This document shows positions 45,695 through 55,749 of a DNA stretch of 64,000 nucleotides, piece by piece (positions within the stretch are counted from its first letter, which is position 1; each line of letters opens with the position of its first letter). Location of the stretch: positions 2,464,001-2,528,000 of the forward strand of contig CAVWGN010000001.1 of NCBI GenBank assembly GCA_963754655.1, in the 5' to 3' direction. The notes below the pieces were generated by a model, which was given only the letters and a program-made list of their open reading frames with translations, did not search any database and was not told the origin of the DNA. This DNA is from an uncultured Chlamydiae bacterium (GTDB lineage: Bacteria; Chlamydiota; Chlamydiia; Chlamydiales; Parachlamydiaceae). Position numbers and translations under genes: made by a program.

Positions 45695-46126
45695 ATGTTT
45701 AACAATAGAACACCCCCAGATGCCAATAATCAGCAACGTGATTATTATATGGTGAGTAATTATATGGCTAATGAAAGGACATTTCTTGCTTGGATAAGGA
45801 CAAGCATTGGAATCATGGCCTTTGGTTTTGTCGTTGAAAAGTTTGCCTTGTTTCTCAAGCGACTCTCTTTTCTTTTAGGAGAAGCGCATTTGTCAGAACA
45901 TCCTTATGCATCCAATCAAATTCAAGGAAATTCCTCAATTTTTGGAATTTTTCTTGTGGGACTTGGTGCTTTAATAGGTCTTCTCGCATTTATCAAATAC
46001 AAGCATGTTGAAAAACAAATAGCACAAGGAAAATATCAATTTTCTATTCTGTTAGAAATCATGCTGACACTTTCAGTACTCGCTGTTGGCATTTTTCTTA
46101 TCATTTATCTTCTTGAAAGTATTTAA
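45695..46126 (+). CDS. YidH/DUF202 inner-membrane protein (start uncertain)
   Basis: ANERTFLAWIRT signature; 3 TM helices. Confidence 0.88.
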   Translation: MFNNRTPPDANNQQRDYYMVSNYMANERTFLAWIRTSIGIMAFGFVVEKFALFLKRLSFLLGEAHLSEHPYASNQIQGNSSIFGIFLVGLGALIGLLAFIKYKHVEKQIAQGKYQFSILLEIMLTLSVLAVGIFLIIYLLESI

Positions 46127-46153
46127 GACAAATCGCCGTGCGGTTGCCCTCCG

Positions 46154-46260
46154 ACTCTTACGCTCCATCATAAGCTTACTCAATGGCAAAATACGAGGTA
46201 AAGAAACAAGAAGATGAACATCGGTCTTCAACTCCTCCAATTTCAAAAGCATGGGAACCC
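46154..46260 (-). pseudogene. Fragment of a Y1 HUH transposase (IS200/RAYT-type TnpA)
   Basis: GSHAFEIGGVED-[1 nt]-HVHLLVSLPRILPLSKLMME.K. Confidence 0.7.
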
Positions 46261-46424
46261 TATGCATGCACACTACTTGCCTTATCAAAATGAAATCCTG
46301 AATAATTGGTAGTTATTAAGGTTTTAAATTTGATTTTTCATACTGATTCCAAACTCGTACTCCATTACATTGTATGAGGATTTTTTACCCTTCCTAAGAA
46401 ATTCATCTAGCTGGATGAAGTCAT

Positions 46425-48179
46425 TCAACGGTAAATTCTTGCTCCTTTTGGTAATTCAATTAATCGTGGTAGATTAGAGCATCCGCGGTAGTTAATCTCT
46501 TGCACCTTTGGTACCTGAGGGAGGCTTTGCAGCTTATCGCAATCGCTGCAGTTAAGCTTTTGCACATTTGGCAGCTCAAGCAGGCTTTGCAGACTAGAGC
46601 ATCCGCAGCAGTCAAGCTCTTGCACATTTGGTAGCTCAGGTAGGCTTTGCAGATTAGAACATCTGTTGCAGTCAAGCACTTGCACATTTGGCAGCTCAGG
46701 CAGGCTTTGCAGATTAGAGCACCAGCTGCAGTTAAGTTTTTGCACGTTTGGCAGCTCAGGCAGGCTTTTCAGATTAGAACATCCGCAGCAGTTAAGTTTT
46801 TGCATGTTTGGCAGCTCAGGTAGGCTTTGCAGACTAGAGCATCCGCTGCAGTTAAGCTCTTGCACATTTGGAAGCTCAGGTAGGCTTTGCAGATTACGAC
46901 ACAAGCTGCAGTTAAGCTCTTGCACATTTGGCAGCTCAGGCAGGCTTTGCAGATTAGAGCAATCCCAGCAGTAAAGCCTTTGCACATGTGGCAGCTCAAG
47001 CAGGCTTTGCAGATTAGAGCATCCGCTGCAGCTAAGCTCTTGCACATTTGGCAGCTCAGGTAGGCTTTGCAGACTAGAGCATGCGCAGCAGTCAAGCTTT
47101 TGCACATTTGTTAGCTCAGGCAGGCTTTGCAGACTAGAGCATCCGCTGCAGTTAAGCTTTTGCACATTTGGCAGCTCAGGTAGGCTTTGCAGACTAGAGC
47201 ATCCGCTGCAGTTAAGCTCTTGCACATTTGGCAGCTCAGGCAGGCTTTGCAGACTAGAGCATCCGCAGCAGTCAAGCTTTTGCACATATGGCAGCTCAAG
47301 CAGGCTTTGCAGATTAGAGCATCTGCTGCAGTCAAGCTCTTGCACATTTGGCAGCTCAGGCAGGCTTTGCAGATTAGAGCAATCGCAGCAGTAAAGCCTT
47401 TGCACATTTGGCAGCTCAAGCAGGCTTTGCAGATTAGAGCATCTGCTGCAGTCAAGCTCTTGCATATTTGGCAGCTCAGGTAAGCTTTGCAGATTAGAAC
47501 ATCCGCTGCAGATAAGCCTTATGAGACTACTTGCCTGACCGGGCAAATTTCTTATTTTATCCGATTTAATCATTAATTGATTAAGATTTGGACACTTTTT
47601 AAATAATTCTTCAATGTCGCTTTCCTCTACATCCGGAAATTCCCTTAGGTTTGCTCCTGTCAAACCATAATCGATCGCATACTGAACAGCCTCTTTTGCA
47701 GTGTTGCATCTATATTTTTTAAGAGAAACAAGCTGCTCGCTAGCCCATTCTTTTTCCTCATTTTTTGCAATCTCGCTCAATTGCTTGGAAAGATGCATCT
47801 TTTCCAATCCACTTTGAACTCCTCCCTTTTTATAAGGAATTTCAGAATCGCGTGGAGGAATATAAGAATAGATTTTCCTCCATAATTCTTCTGGCAATTG
47901 AGAAAGCTCGTTAGAGAACACGTTCTCAGGTTTTGGCTCAGTGTCGTTATTTGCAGGTGAATTGGGATTGACATAAGGAGGAAGATCTAATTCCTCGAGA
48001 TCTAATTTTTTCCCTTTATACTGTCGATAAATAAAAAATAGAGCTGTGATTGCACCAAAAATTGCAAAAACAACAGCCGCAATTTTTGCATATTTTTGAG
48101 TTGCTTCTGAAAAATAATTGCTAGTTGTCAAATTGCTTTTTAACTGTTGAAGATTAGAAGGAATAGATGGGAACATCAA
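46425..48179 (-). CDS. TM-F-box-LRR protein, type A, about 18 repeats, with C-cap
   Basis: TM KIAAVVFAIFGAITALFFIY; F-box-like LSQLPEELWRKIYSYI; 20-aa LQSLPELPNVQxLxCxxCxN repeats. Confidence 0.9.
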   Translation of the reverse strand: MMFPSIPSNLQQLKSNLTTSNYFSEATQKYAKIAAVVFAIFGAITALFFIYRQYKGKKLDLEELDLPPYVNPNSPANNDTEPKPENVFSNELSQLPEELWRKIYSYIPPRDSEIPYKKGGVQSGLEKMHLSKQLSEIAKNEEKEWASEQLVSLKKYRCNTAKEAVQYAIDYGLTGANLREFPDVEESDIEELFKKCPNLNQLMIKSDKIRNLPGQASSLIRLICSGCSNLQSLPELPNMQELDCSRCSNLQSLLELPNVQRLYCCDCSNLQSLPELPNVQELDCSRCSNLQSLLELPYVQKLDCCGCSSLQSLPELPNVQELNCSGCSSLQSLPELPNVQKLNCSGCSSLQSLPELTNVQKLDCCACSSLQSLPELPNVQELSCSGCSNLQSLLELPHVQRLYCWDCSNLQSLPELPNVQELNCSLCRNLQSLPELPNVQELNCSGCSSLQSLPELPNMQKLNCCGCSNLKSLPELPNVQKLNCSWCSNLQSLPELPNVQVLDCNRCSNLQSLPELPNVQELDCCGCSSLQSLLELPNVQKLNCSDCDKLQSLPQVPKVQEINYRGCSNLPRLIELPKGARIYR

Positions 48180-48704
48180 GGCCTCTTATTGTTTAGTGAC
48201 GAAGTTGTAAATTTAATTAAAAAAAACAATTTTTAAATTACATTTTTTGAAAGTTTAATTAATTATTAAATTAATTTCAATTTAATTTATAATATTTTCC
48301 AGTCAATACGCAGTTACGCAATGTAATCGATTTAAAGAAATTCAATGATGCTCTAAGCAGCGTTAACTGCCTACACATCAAGCTTAAGCTAAGAGAGGAA
48401 ACCAGGCGGAGATATTATCAAAAGTTGTTGATTTTTAGAATAAGGAAAGCATAACCTCAATACATTTTCGACAATTAATCAAAAATTTCAAAAAGAGGCA
48501 ACGCCATAAAAGAGAGTGTCATAAGACCAGCGTGTTTTGTCCTAATAGGATATGAATGAAGAATGCTTGCAAGTGAATATGCCACAATTTCTCTTGTAGT
48601 CTTTCAGACTACGATAGGAGTGTGTCTTTTTCCCAGGCCGCTGGCTTGGGCTATTTCACTTTAGAGCCCTTCAGGCTCAAAACGCCTTGATTAGCCAGCC
48701 TAGA

Positions 48705-48851
48705 GCCGGGACTTAACAAAGAACTTTTTTGGGCTTGATATTCTTCATGTCAATTTAACAACACCCCGCCTGTAACAGGCTTTAAAGGCATACTTCCCGA
48801 AAATGACGGGAAAAACATCAAAGCCCAAAACAGTTCTTTGTTAAGCCCCGG
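48705..48851. repeat. Hairpin repeat, family 2
   Basis: CCGGGACTTAACAAAGAAC...GTTCTTTGTTAAG(C/T)CCCGG; also at 50360-50508, 57535-57680 and 58048-58196. Confidence 0.9.
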
Positions 48852-48868
48852 TCATAGGCTAGGAAGGA

Positions 48869-50192
48869 GATTGTGTAAAAAATTATGTGCAAAAAAAGGT
48901 CATGGTAAGATGATCTCTTATTAACTACAAAAAGAGGTATACCATGACCAAAAAGTATTCTATTGAGAAAAACAAATTATCTAAAGAAGTTATTGAACAA
49001 GATGTTGATTTAATGAAGTCTCTTATGAAAACTGCTCTCGAAAATTTTTTAGAAGCCGAAATGATCGAGACTTTGGAAGCAAATAAGAGTGAAAGATCCA
49101 AAGAAAGAAAAGGCTATAGAGCAGGTTATTATACAAGGCACTTAGTGACGCGAATAGGCAATATAGAGCTAAAAGTACCAAGAGACAGAGAGGGAATGTT
49201 TTCTACCGAGCTTTTTGAACGATATGAAAGATCGGAAAAAGCATTAGTATCAGCTCTAGCAGAAATGTATGTCCAAGGAGTATCAACCAGGAAAGTGAAG
49301 GCAATCACAGAAGAACTTTGCGGACATGAATTTTCAGCGACGACAATAAGCAACATCAATAAGAGCTTGGACGAGGACTTAAAGCAGTTTGCAAATAGAA
49401 AATTGACAGAAGTTTATCCTTATCTAATTGTAGATGCTCGTTATGAGAAAGTTAGAGAAAATGGGATAGTAAAATCGCAGGCTATATTAATTGCAGTAGG
49501 TGTGAATGGAGAAGGTTACAGGCAAGTATTAGCAGTGGAAATTGCAAATCGAGAATCTCACAATAGTTGGAAAGATTTTCTATTGAGATTGAAAGAAAGA
49601 GGATTAATAGGAGTTGAGTTGATTATTAGTGATGAGCATGCAGGGCTTAGGAAAGCGATAATGGAAGTATTTTATCAAATCCCTTGGCAAAGATGTTATG
49701 TTCATTTCTTAAGAAATGCAATTGATTATTTACCAAGAAAAGCAAACGACGATTGCTTACAAGAATTGCGATGGATCTATGATAGAAAGGATATTAAAGA
49801 AGCCAAAACAGATTTGAATATGTGGCTAGAGAAGTGGATGATGAAGTATCCAAAGTTATGTACATGGGTGGAGGAAAATATTTTTGAGACATTAACGTTT
49901 TACCAGTTTCCAAAACAACATCATAAGCATTTAAAAAGTTCGAACTTACTCGAGAGAGTAAATGAAGAAATTAAGAGAAGAACACACGTTATTAGAATTT
50001 TTCCAAATGAAGAGAGTTGCTTAAGATTGATATTAGCAATTGCAGTTGAGGTTCATGAGGGATGGGTAGATAAAAGATATTTAAATATGGATCTATTAAA
50101 AGAGCAAAAGAAACAAGAACAACTGAGCGTTGAAAAAATAGCTTAACCTAATGAGATCTCTTACCAATTTGCACATAATACTTGACACAACT
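48869..50192 (+). mobile_element. IS256-family element (transposase 48944-50146)
   Basis: VPRDR, GVSTRKV, QRCYVHF and ERVNEEIKRR motifs; imperfect TIR TTGTGT..TTATGTGCAAA; no target-site duplication. Confidence 0.93.
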
Positions 50193-50601
50193 CTAACGTG
50201 GCTCAAATTTGTTTTTTGGGTAACCGTGGGTTTCGGCTTGCGCCTACACCCACGGCTACTATCCATGCGCGGCTAACGCCGCTCGTCGCTGAGGGAAAGG
50301 ATATGGATCAAGCAACATTGCAAAAACAAAGATAAAAAATTCCGATTACCTAGCCATATGCCGGGACTTAACAAAGAACTGTTTTGGGCTTGATAATTTT
50401 TCGCGTCATTTTCGATAAATATGCCTCTAAATGCTGTTATAGGCGGGGCGTTGTTAAATTGATACGAAGAATATCAAGCCCAAAAACAGTTCTTTGTTAA
50501 GTCCCGGCCCAGAGCGAAGCGGCGTGGCGAATGAAGGCGTCGCTTAACCTAGCGCTCGCTCTTAGCTTGATCCGTATATCCTCCGAGATTAGGCTCAAAA
50601 C

Positions 50602-51712
50602 CTAATGTAACGAAGTATTAGATCTTATATACCTATCAAGAAGTGCCACAAGTTTTTTCTCATCAAAATGATTCATGATCTGAGCAATATAGAGATCGGG
50701 TCTAATCAAACACATTCCATGCTTTTCCGCACAACCATACAATTTAGAAATAGAAAAATCACTGTCTAAAATGAGAGGGCAAAGGTTTGGATGAATCTCT
50801 TTAGGACTAATCAAGAAACAAGCGATTGTGTTCGAATAATTTTGCTGAACCTTTTCTATGAGCATCTTTAACTGACTGATATCCTCTTCTTGAATATATG
50901 ATCCTGTAAATAATAAAAGATTGTGATAAGGGTGGCGAAAATAATCATAAAGGCGTTGAGAGGAATTGGCAATAGACAGATCGGGAGCTCTTTCTCCTGG
51001 CTGAGGAGCCTCTTTTTTAACGTTCGTTTGATAATCAATAATGGGACTTTGCTTATAACGAATAGCAAGTTGAGTGATCACACTACTCAATTTACTTTTT
51101 AAAAATTGACTACGCCCAATCATATTGTGGATTAAACTATCTCGAATGTTAAGCAATATAGAGTTTGAAACTGAACCCATCTTTGTTAATCTTTCTGTCA
51201 CACGGATAATGCTCTTAATGATTGGGTAGCGCTCATCTTGGTAACTTTTTAATAATAAAAAAGGATAAGCTTGACCTTTGATCACCAAAGCTAATTTCCA
51301 AGCCAGATTATAAGCATCTTGTATTCCTGTATTCATTCCTTGTCCTCCAGCGGGAGAATGGACATGAGCAGCATCGCCTGTAATAAAAACATTTCCTTGA
51401 GACATACGACTTGCAATTTCACTATGAATCCAAAATGGAGAGAGCCATACAATCGTTTTTACCTTGAAAAATCCTTTAGATCGATTATGAACAAGTTCTT
51501 GCATCTCTTCTGCAGTGGGCTTTATTTCAATTTCTTGCCTTCCCATATTCGCAATGACACGATAAAGATGATTTCCCAAGGGAAAACAAGCCAACACCTT
51601 CCCATTCCCCAAAAATCCATCTCCTTTATCTTGAGATAAGGGATTCTCTAGTATCATATCAGCTACTAAATATTCTTCTGGCAGATCTTCTCCTGAAAAA
51701 GGGATATGGCAT
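50602..51712 (-). pseudogene. 5'-truncated FAD-dependent monooxygenase
   Basis: GDAAHVHSPAGGQGMNTGIQDA and LIRPD present; N-terminal GxGxxG half absent. Confidence 0.85.
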
Positions 51713-52017
51713 TTGGTTTTGTCGTTGAAAAGTTTGCCTTGTTTCTCAAGCGACTCTCTTTTCTTTTAGGAGAAGCGCATTTGTCAGAACATCCTTATGC
51801 ATCCAATCAAATTCAAGGAAATTCCTCAATTTTTGGAATTTTTCTTGTGTGACTTGGTGCTTTAATAGGTCTTCTCGCATTTATCAAATACAAGCATATT
51901 GAAAAACAAATAGCACAAGGAAAATATCAATTTTCTATTCTGTTAGAAATCATGCTGACACTTTCAGTGCTCGCTGTTGGCATTTTTCTTATCATTTACC
52001 TTCTTGAAAGTATTTAA
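51706..52017 (+). pseudogene. 5'-truncated yidH/DUF202 copy with internal TGA
   Basis: Near-identical to 45815-46126; GGA>TGA near 51850. Confidence 0.9.
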
Positions 52018-52059
52018 GACAACCTTTCCTGAAAAATTCATCTAGCTGGATGAAGCCAT

Positions 52060-53643
52060 TCAACGGTAACTTCTTGCTCCTTTTAATAATTGAGTCAAAT
52101 TGCGCAGATTAGAGCAGCCGCTGTAGTTAATCTCTTGCAAATTTGGTAGCTCAGGTAGGCTTTGCAGATGAACGCAATCGCTGCAGTCAATCTTTTGCAC
52201 ATTTGGCAGCTCAGGTAGGCTTTGCAGATTATTACACCGATTGCATTTAAGCACTTGAACCTTTGGCAGCTCAGGTAGGCTGTGCAGATTGGGGCAAAAG
52301 TTGCATGTAAGCTCTTGTACGTTTGACAGCTCAGGTAGGGTTTGCAGCTTATCGCAATAGCTACAGTCAAGCTTTTGCACATTTGGCAGCTCAGGAGGCA
52401 GGCTTTGCAGATTATGGCAAACGTGGCATGTAAGCTCTTGTACGTTTGGCAGCGCAGGTAGGCTTTGCAGCTTGTGGCAAAATCTACAGTCAAGCACTTG
52501 CACATGTGGCAACTCAGGCAGGTTTTGCAGATTACGACAATAGGTGCAGTCAAGCTTTTTCACCTTTGGCAGCTCAGGTAAGTTTTGCAGATTATAGCAC
52601 TGGCTACAGTTAAGCTTTTGCACATTTGGCAGCTCGGGCAGGCTTTGCAAATCATAGCAATCGCTACAGTAAAGCTTTTGCACATTTGGCAGCTCGGGTA
52701 GGCTTTGCAGCTTAGAGCAAGTGCTGCAGTAAAGCTTTTGCACCTTTGGCAACTCAGGTAAGTTTTGCAGATTAAAGCATCCGCGGCAGTCCAGCTTTTG
52801 CACATTTGGAAGCTCAGGCAGGCTTTGCAGATTATGGCATCTGCGACAGTAAAGCATTTGCATATTTGGCAGCTCAGGTAGGCTTTTCAGATTAGAACAT
52901 CCGCTGCAGTCAAGCCTTATGAGACTACTTGCCTGATCGGGCAAATTTCTTATGTTATCCGATTTAATCATTAATTGATTAAGATTTGGACACTGTTTAA
53001 ATAATTCTTCAATGTCGCTTTCCTCTAAATCCGGAAATTCTCTTAAGTTTGCTCCTGTCAAACCATGATCGATCACATATTGGACAGCCTCTTTTGCAGT
53101 ATTGCATCTATATTTTTTAAGAGAAACAAGCTCTTCGCTCGCCCATTTTTTTTCCTCATTTTTTGCAATCTTACTGAATTGCTTGGAAAGATACATATTT
53201 TCCAATCCACTTTGAACTCCTCCCTTTTTATAAGGAATGTCAAACTTACGTGGAGGAATATGGGAACAGACTTTACGCCATAATTTTTCTGTTAATTGAG
53301 GGAATTCAGTGCTAGTTTCTCGTTCAGCAAAATCAGGAACAATGGGTAAACAAGCAATGTCTTGTCTCTTTCTATTTATTTCCTCTTCTTCTTGTTTGGC
53401 TGCATTGTCTAACAGATTTGCAGGTGAATTGGGATTGATATAACAAGGAAGATTTGATTCCTCGAGATCTAATTTTTTCCCTTTATACTGGCGATAAATG
53501 AAAAATAGAGCTGTGATTGCACCAAAAATTGCAAAAACAACAGCCGCAATTTTTGCATATTGTTGAGTTCCTTTTGAAAAATAACTGCTAGTTGTCAAAT
53601 CGCTTTGTAACTGTTGAAGATTAGAGGGAATAAATGGGAACAT
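52060..53643 (-). CDS. TM-(degenerate F-box)-LRR protein, type B, about 14 repeats
   Basis: Same architecture with a longer linker; QLTEKLWRKVCSHI. Confidence 0.9.
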   Translation of the reverse strand: MFPFIPSNLQQLQSDLTTSSYFSKGTQQYAKIAAVVFAIFGAITALFFIYRQYKGKKLDLEESNLPCYINPNSPANLLDNAAKQEEEEINRKRQDIACLPIVPDFAERETSTEFPQLTEKLWRKVCSHIPPRKFDIPYKKGGVQSGLENMYLSKQFSKIAKNEEKKWASEELVSLKKYRCNTAKEAVQYVIDHGLTGANLREFPDLEESDIEELFKQCPNLNQLMIKSDNIRNLPDQASSLIRLDCSGCSNLKSLPELPNMQMLYCRRCHNLQSLPELPNVQKLDCRGCFNLQNLPELPKVQKLYCSTCSKLQSLPELPNVQKLYCSDCYDLQSLPELPNVQKLNCSQCYNLQNLPELPKVKKLDCTYCRNLQNLPELPHVQVLDCRFCHKLQSLPALPNVQELTCHVCHNLQSLPPELPNVQKLDCSYCDKLQTLPELSNVQELTCNFCPNLHSLPELPKVQVLKCNRCNNLQSLPELPNVQKIDCSDCVHLQSLPELPNLQEINYSGCSNLRNLTQLLKGARSYR

Positions 53644-53679
53644 TAAGGCCTCTTATTATTTAGTGACGAAGCTGTAAAT

Positions 53680-55713
53680 TTAATTAAACAAACCATTGGT
53701 ATAGAATTTGAGTTGCAAAAATCTGCTACAGCGAAGCACTTGCACATTTGGCAGCTTAGGCAGGCTTTGCAGATTAGAACATTCGCGGCAGTCAAGCTCT
53801 TGCACATTTGGTAGCTCAGGTAGGCTTTGCAGATTAGAACATCTGTTGCAGTTAAGCTTTTGCACATTTGGCAGCTCAGGCAGGCTTTGCAGATTAGAAC
53901 ATTCGTGACAGTCAAGCTCTTGCACATTTGGTAGCTCAGGTAGGCTTTGTAGATTAGAACATCTGTTACAGTCAAGCACTTGCACATTTGGCAGCTCAGG
54001 CAGGCTTTGCAGATTAGAACATTCGTGACAGTCAAGCTCTTGCACATTTGGTAGCTCAGGTAGGCTTTGTAGATTAGAACATCTGTTGCAGTTAAGCTTT
54101 TGCACATTTGGCAGCTCAGGCAGGCTTTGCAGATTAGAACATTCGTGACAGTCAAGCTCTTGCACATTTGGTAGCTCAGGTAGGCTTTGTAGATTAGAAC
54201 ATCTGTTACAGTCAAGCACTTGCACATTTGGCAGCTCAGGCAGGCTTTGCAGATTAGAACATTCGTGACAGTCAAGCTCTTGCACATTTGGTAGCTCAGG
54301 TAGGCTTTGTAGATTAGAACATCTGTTACAGTCAAGCACTTGCACATTTGGCAGCTCAGGCAGGCTTTGCAGATTAGAACATTCGTGACAGTCAAGCACT
54401 TGCACATTTGGCAGCTCAGGCAGGCTTTGCAGATTAGAACATTCGTGACAGTCAAGCACTTGCACATTTGGCAGCTCAGGCAGGCTTTGCAGATTAGAGC
54501 AATAGCCGCAGTCAAGTTCTTGCACATTTGGCAGCTCAGGCAGATATTGCAGACTAGTGCACCAGCTGCAGTCAAGCTCTTGCACATTTGGCAGCTCAGG
54601 CAGGCTTTGCAGATTAGAGCAATCCCAGCAGTAAAGCCTTTGCACATGTGGCAGCTCAAGCAGGCTTTGCAGATTAGAGCATCCGCTGCAGCTAAGCTCT
54701 TGCACATTTGGCAGCTCAGGTAGGCTTTGCAGACTAGAGCATGCGCAGCAGTCAAGCTTTTGCACATTTGTTAGCTCAGGCAGGCTTTGCAGACTAGAGC
54801 ATCCGCTGCAGTTAAGCTTTTGCATATTTGGCAGATCAGGTAGGCTTTGCAGATTAGAACATCCGCAGTAAAGCTTTTGCACATTTGGCAGCTCAGGCAG
54901 GCTTTGCAGATTAGAACATCCGCTGCAGTCAAGCTCTTGCACATTTGGCAGATCAGGTAGGCTTTGCAGATTAGAACATCCGCCGCAGTCAAGCTTTTGC
55001 ACATTTGGCAGCTCAGGTAGGCTTTGCAGATTAGCACATCCGCTGCAGTCAAGTCTTATGAGACTACTTGCCTGATCTGGCAAATTTCTTATTTTATCCG
55101 ATTTAATTATTAATTGATTAAGATTTGGACACTGTTTAAATAATTCTTCAATATCGCTTTCCTCTACGTCCGGAAATTCTCTTAGGTTTGCTCCTGTCAA
55201 ACCATGATCGATCGCATACTGAACAGCCTCTTTTGCAGTGTTGCATCTATATTTTTTAAGAGAAACAAGCTGCTCGCTAGCCCATTCTTTTTCCTCATTT
55301 TTTGCAATCTCGCTCAATTGCTTGGAAAGATGCATCTTTTCCAATCCACTTTGAACTCCTCCCTTTTTATAAGGAATTTCAGAATCGCGTGGAGGAATAT
55401 AAGAATAGATTTTCCTCCATAATTCTTCTGGCAATTGAGAAAGCTCGTTAGAGAACACGTTCTCAGGTTTTGGCTCAGTGTCGTTATTTGCAGGTGAATT
55501 GGGATTGACATAAGGAGGAAGATCTAATTCCTCGAGATCTAATTTTTTCCCTTTATACTGTCGATAAATAAAAAATAGAGCTGTGATTGCACCAAAAATT
55601 GCAAAAACAACAGCCGCAATTTTTGCATATTTTTGAGTTGCTTCTGAAAAATAACTGCTAGTTGTCAAATCGCTTTGTAACTGTTGAAGATTAGAAGGAA
55701 TAGATGGGAACAT
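53680..55713 (-). CDS. TM-F-box-LRR protein, type A, about 23 repeats
   Basis: Same N-terminus as 46425-48179; ends FYTNGLFN. Confidence 0.9.
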   Translation of the reverse strand: MFPSIPSNLQQLQSDLTTSSYFSEATQKYAKIAAVVFAIFGAITALFFIYRQYKGKKLDLEELDLPPYVNPNSPANNDTEPKPENVFSNELSQLPEELWRKIYSYIPPRDSEIPYKKGGVQSGLEKMHLSKQLSEIAKNEEKEWASEQLVSLKKYRCNTAKEAVQYAIDHGLTGANLREFPDVEESDIEELFKQCPNLNQLIIKSDKIRNLPDQASSLIRLDCSGCANLQSLPELPNVQKLDCGGCSNLQSLPDLPNVQELDCSGCSNLQSLPELPNVQKLYCGCSNLQSLPDLPNMQKLNCSGCSSLQSLPELTNVQKLDCCACSSLQSLPELPNVQELSCSGCSNLQSLLELPHVQRLYCWDCSNLQSLPELPNVQELDCSWCTSLQYLPELPNVQELDCGYCSNLQSLPELPNVQVLDCHECSNLQSLPELPNVQVLDCHECSNLQSLPELPNVQVLDCNRCSNLQSLPELPNVQELDCHECSNLQSLPELPNVQVLDCNRCSNLQSLPELPNVQELDCHECSNLQSLPELPNVQKLNCNRCSNLQSLPELPNVQELDCHECSNLQSLPELPNVQVLDCNRCSNLQSLPELPNVQELDCHECSNLQSLPELPNVQKLNCNRCSNLQSLPELPNVQELDCRECSNLQSLPKLPNVQVLRCSRFLQLKFYTNGLFN

Positions 55714-55749
55714 TAAGGCCTCTTATTGTTTAGTGACGAAGCTGTAAAT

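Larger units (their letters stand above)
48180..53643. repeat. Segmental duplication, copy 1 (pairs with 57006-61454)
   Basis: Near-identical leader, palindromes, monooxygenase remnant, yidH remnant and type-B LRR gene. Confidence 0.95.

Noticed and set aside
46500..47520. 60-bp periodic array resembling a CRISPR
   Set aside because: In-frame coding LRR units with no unique spacers and no cas genes
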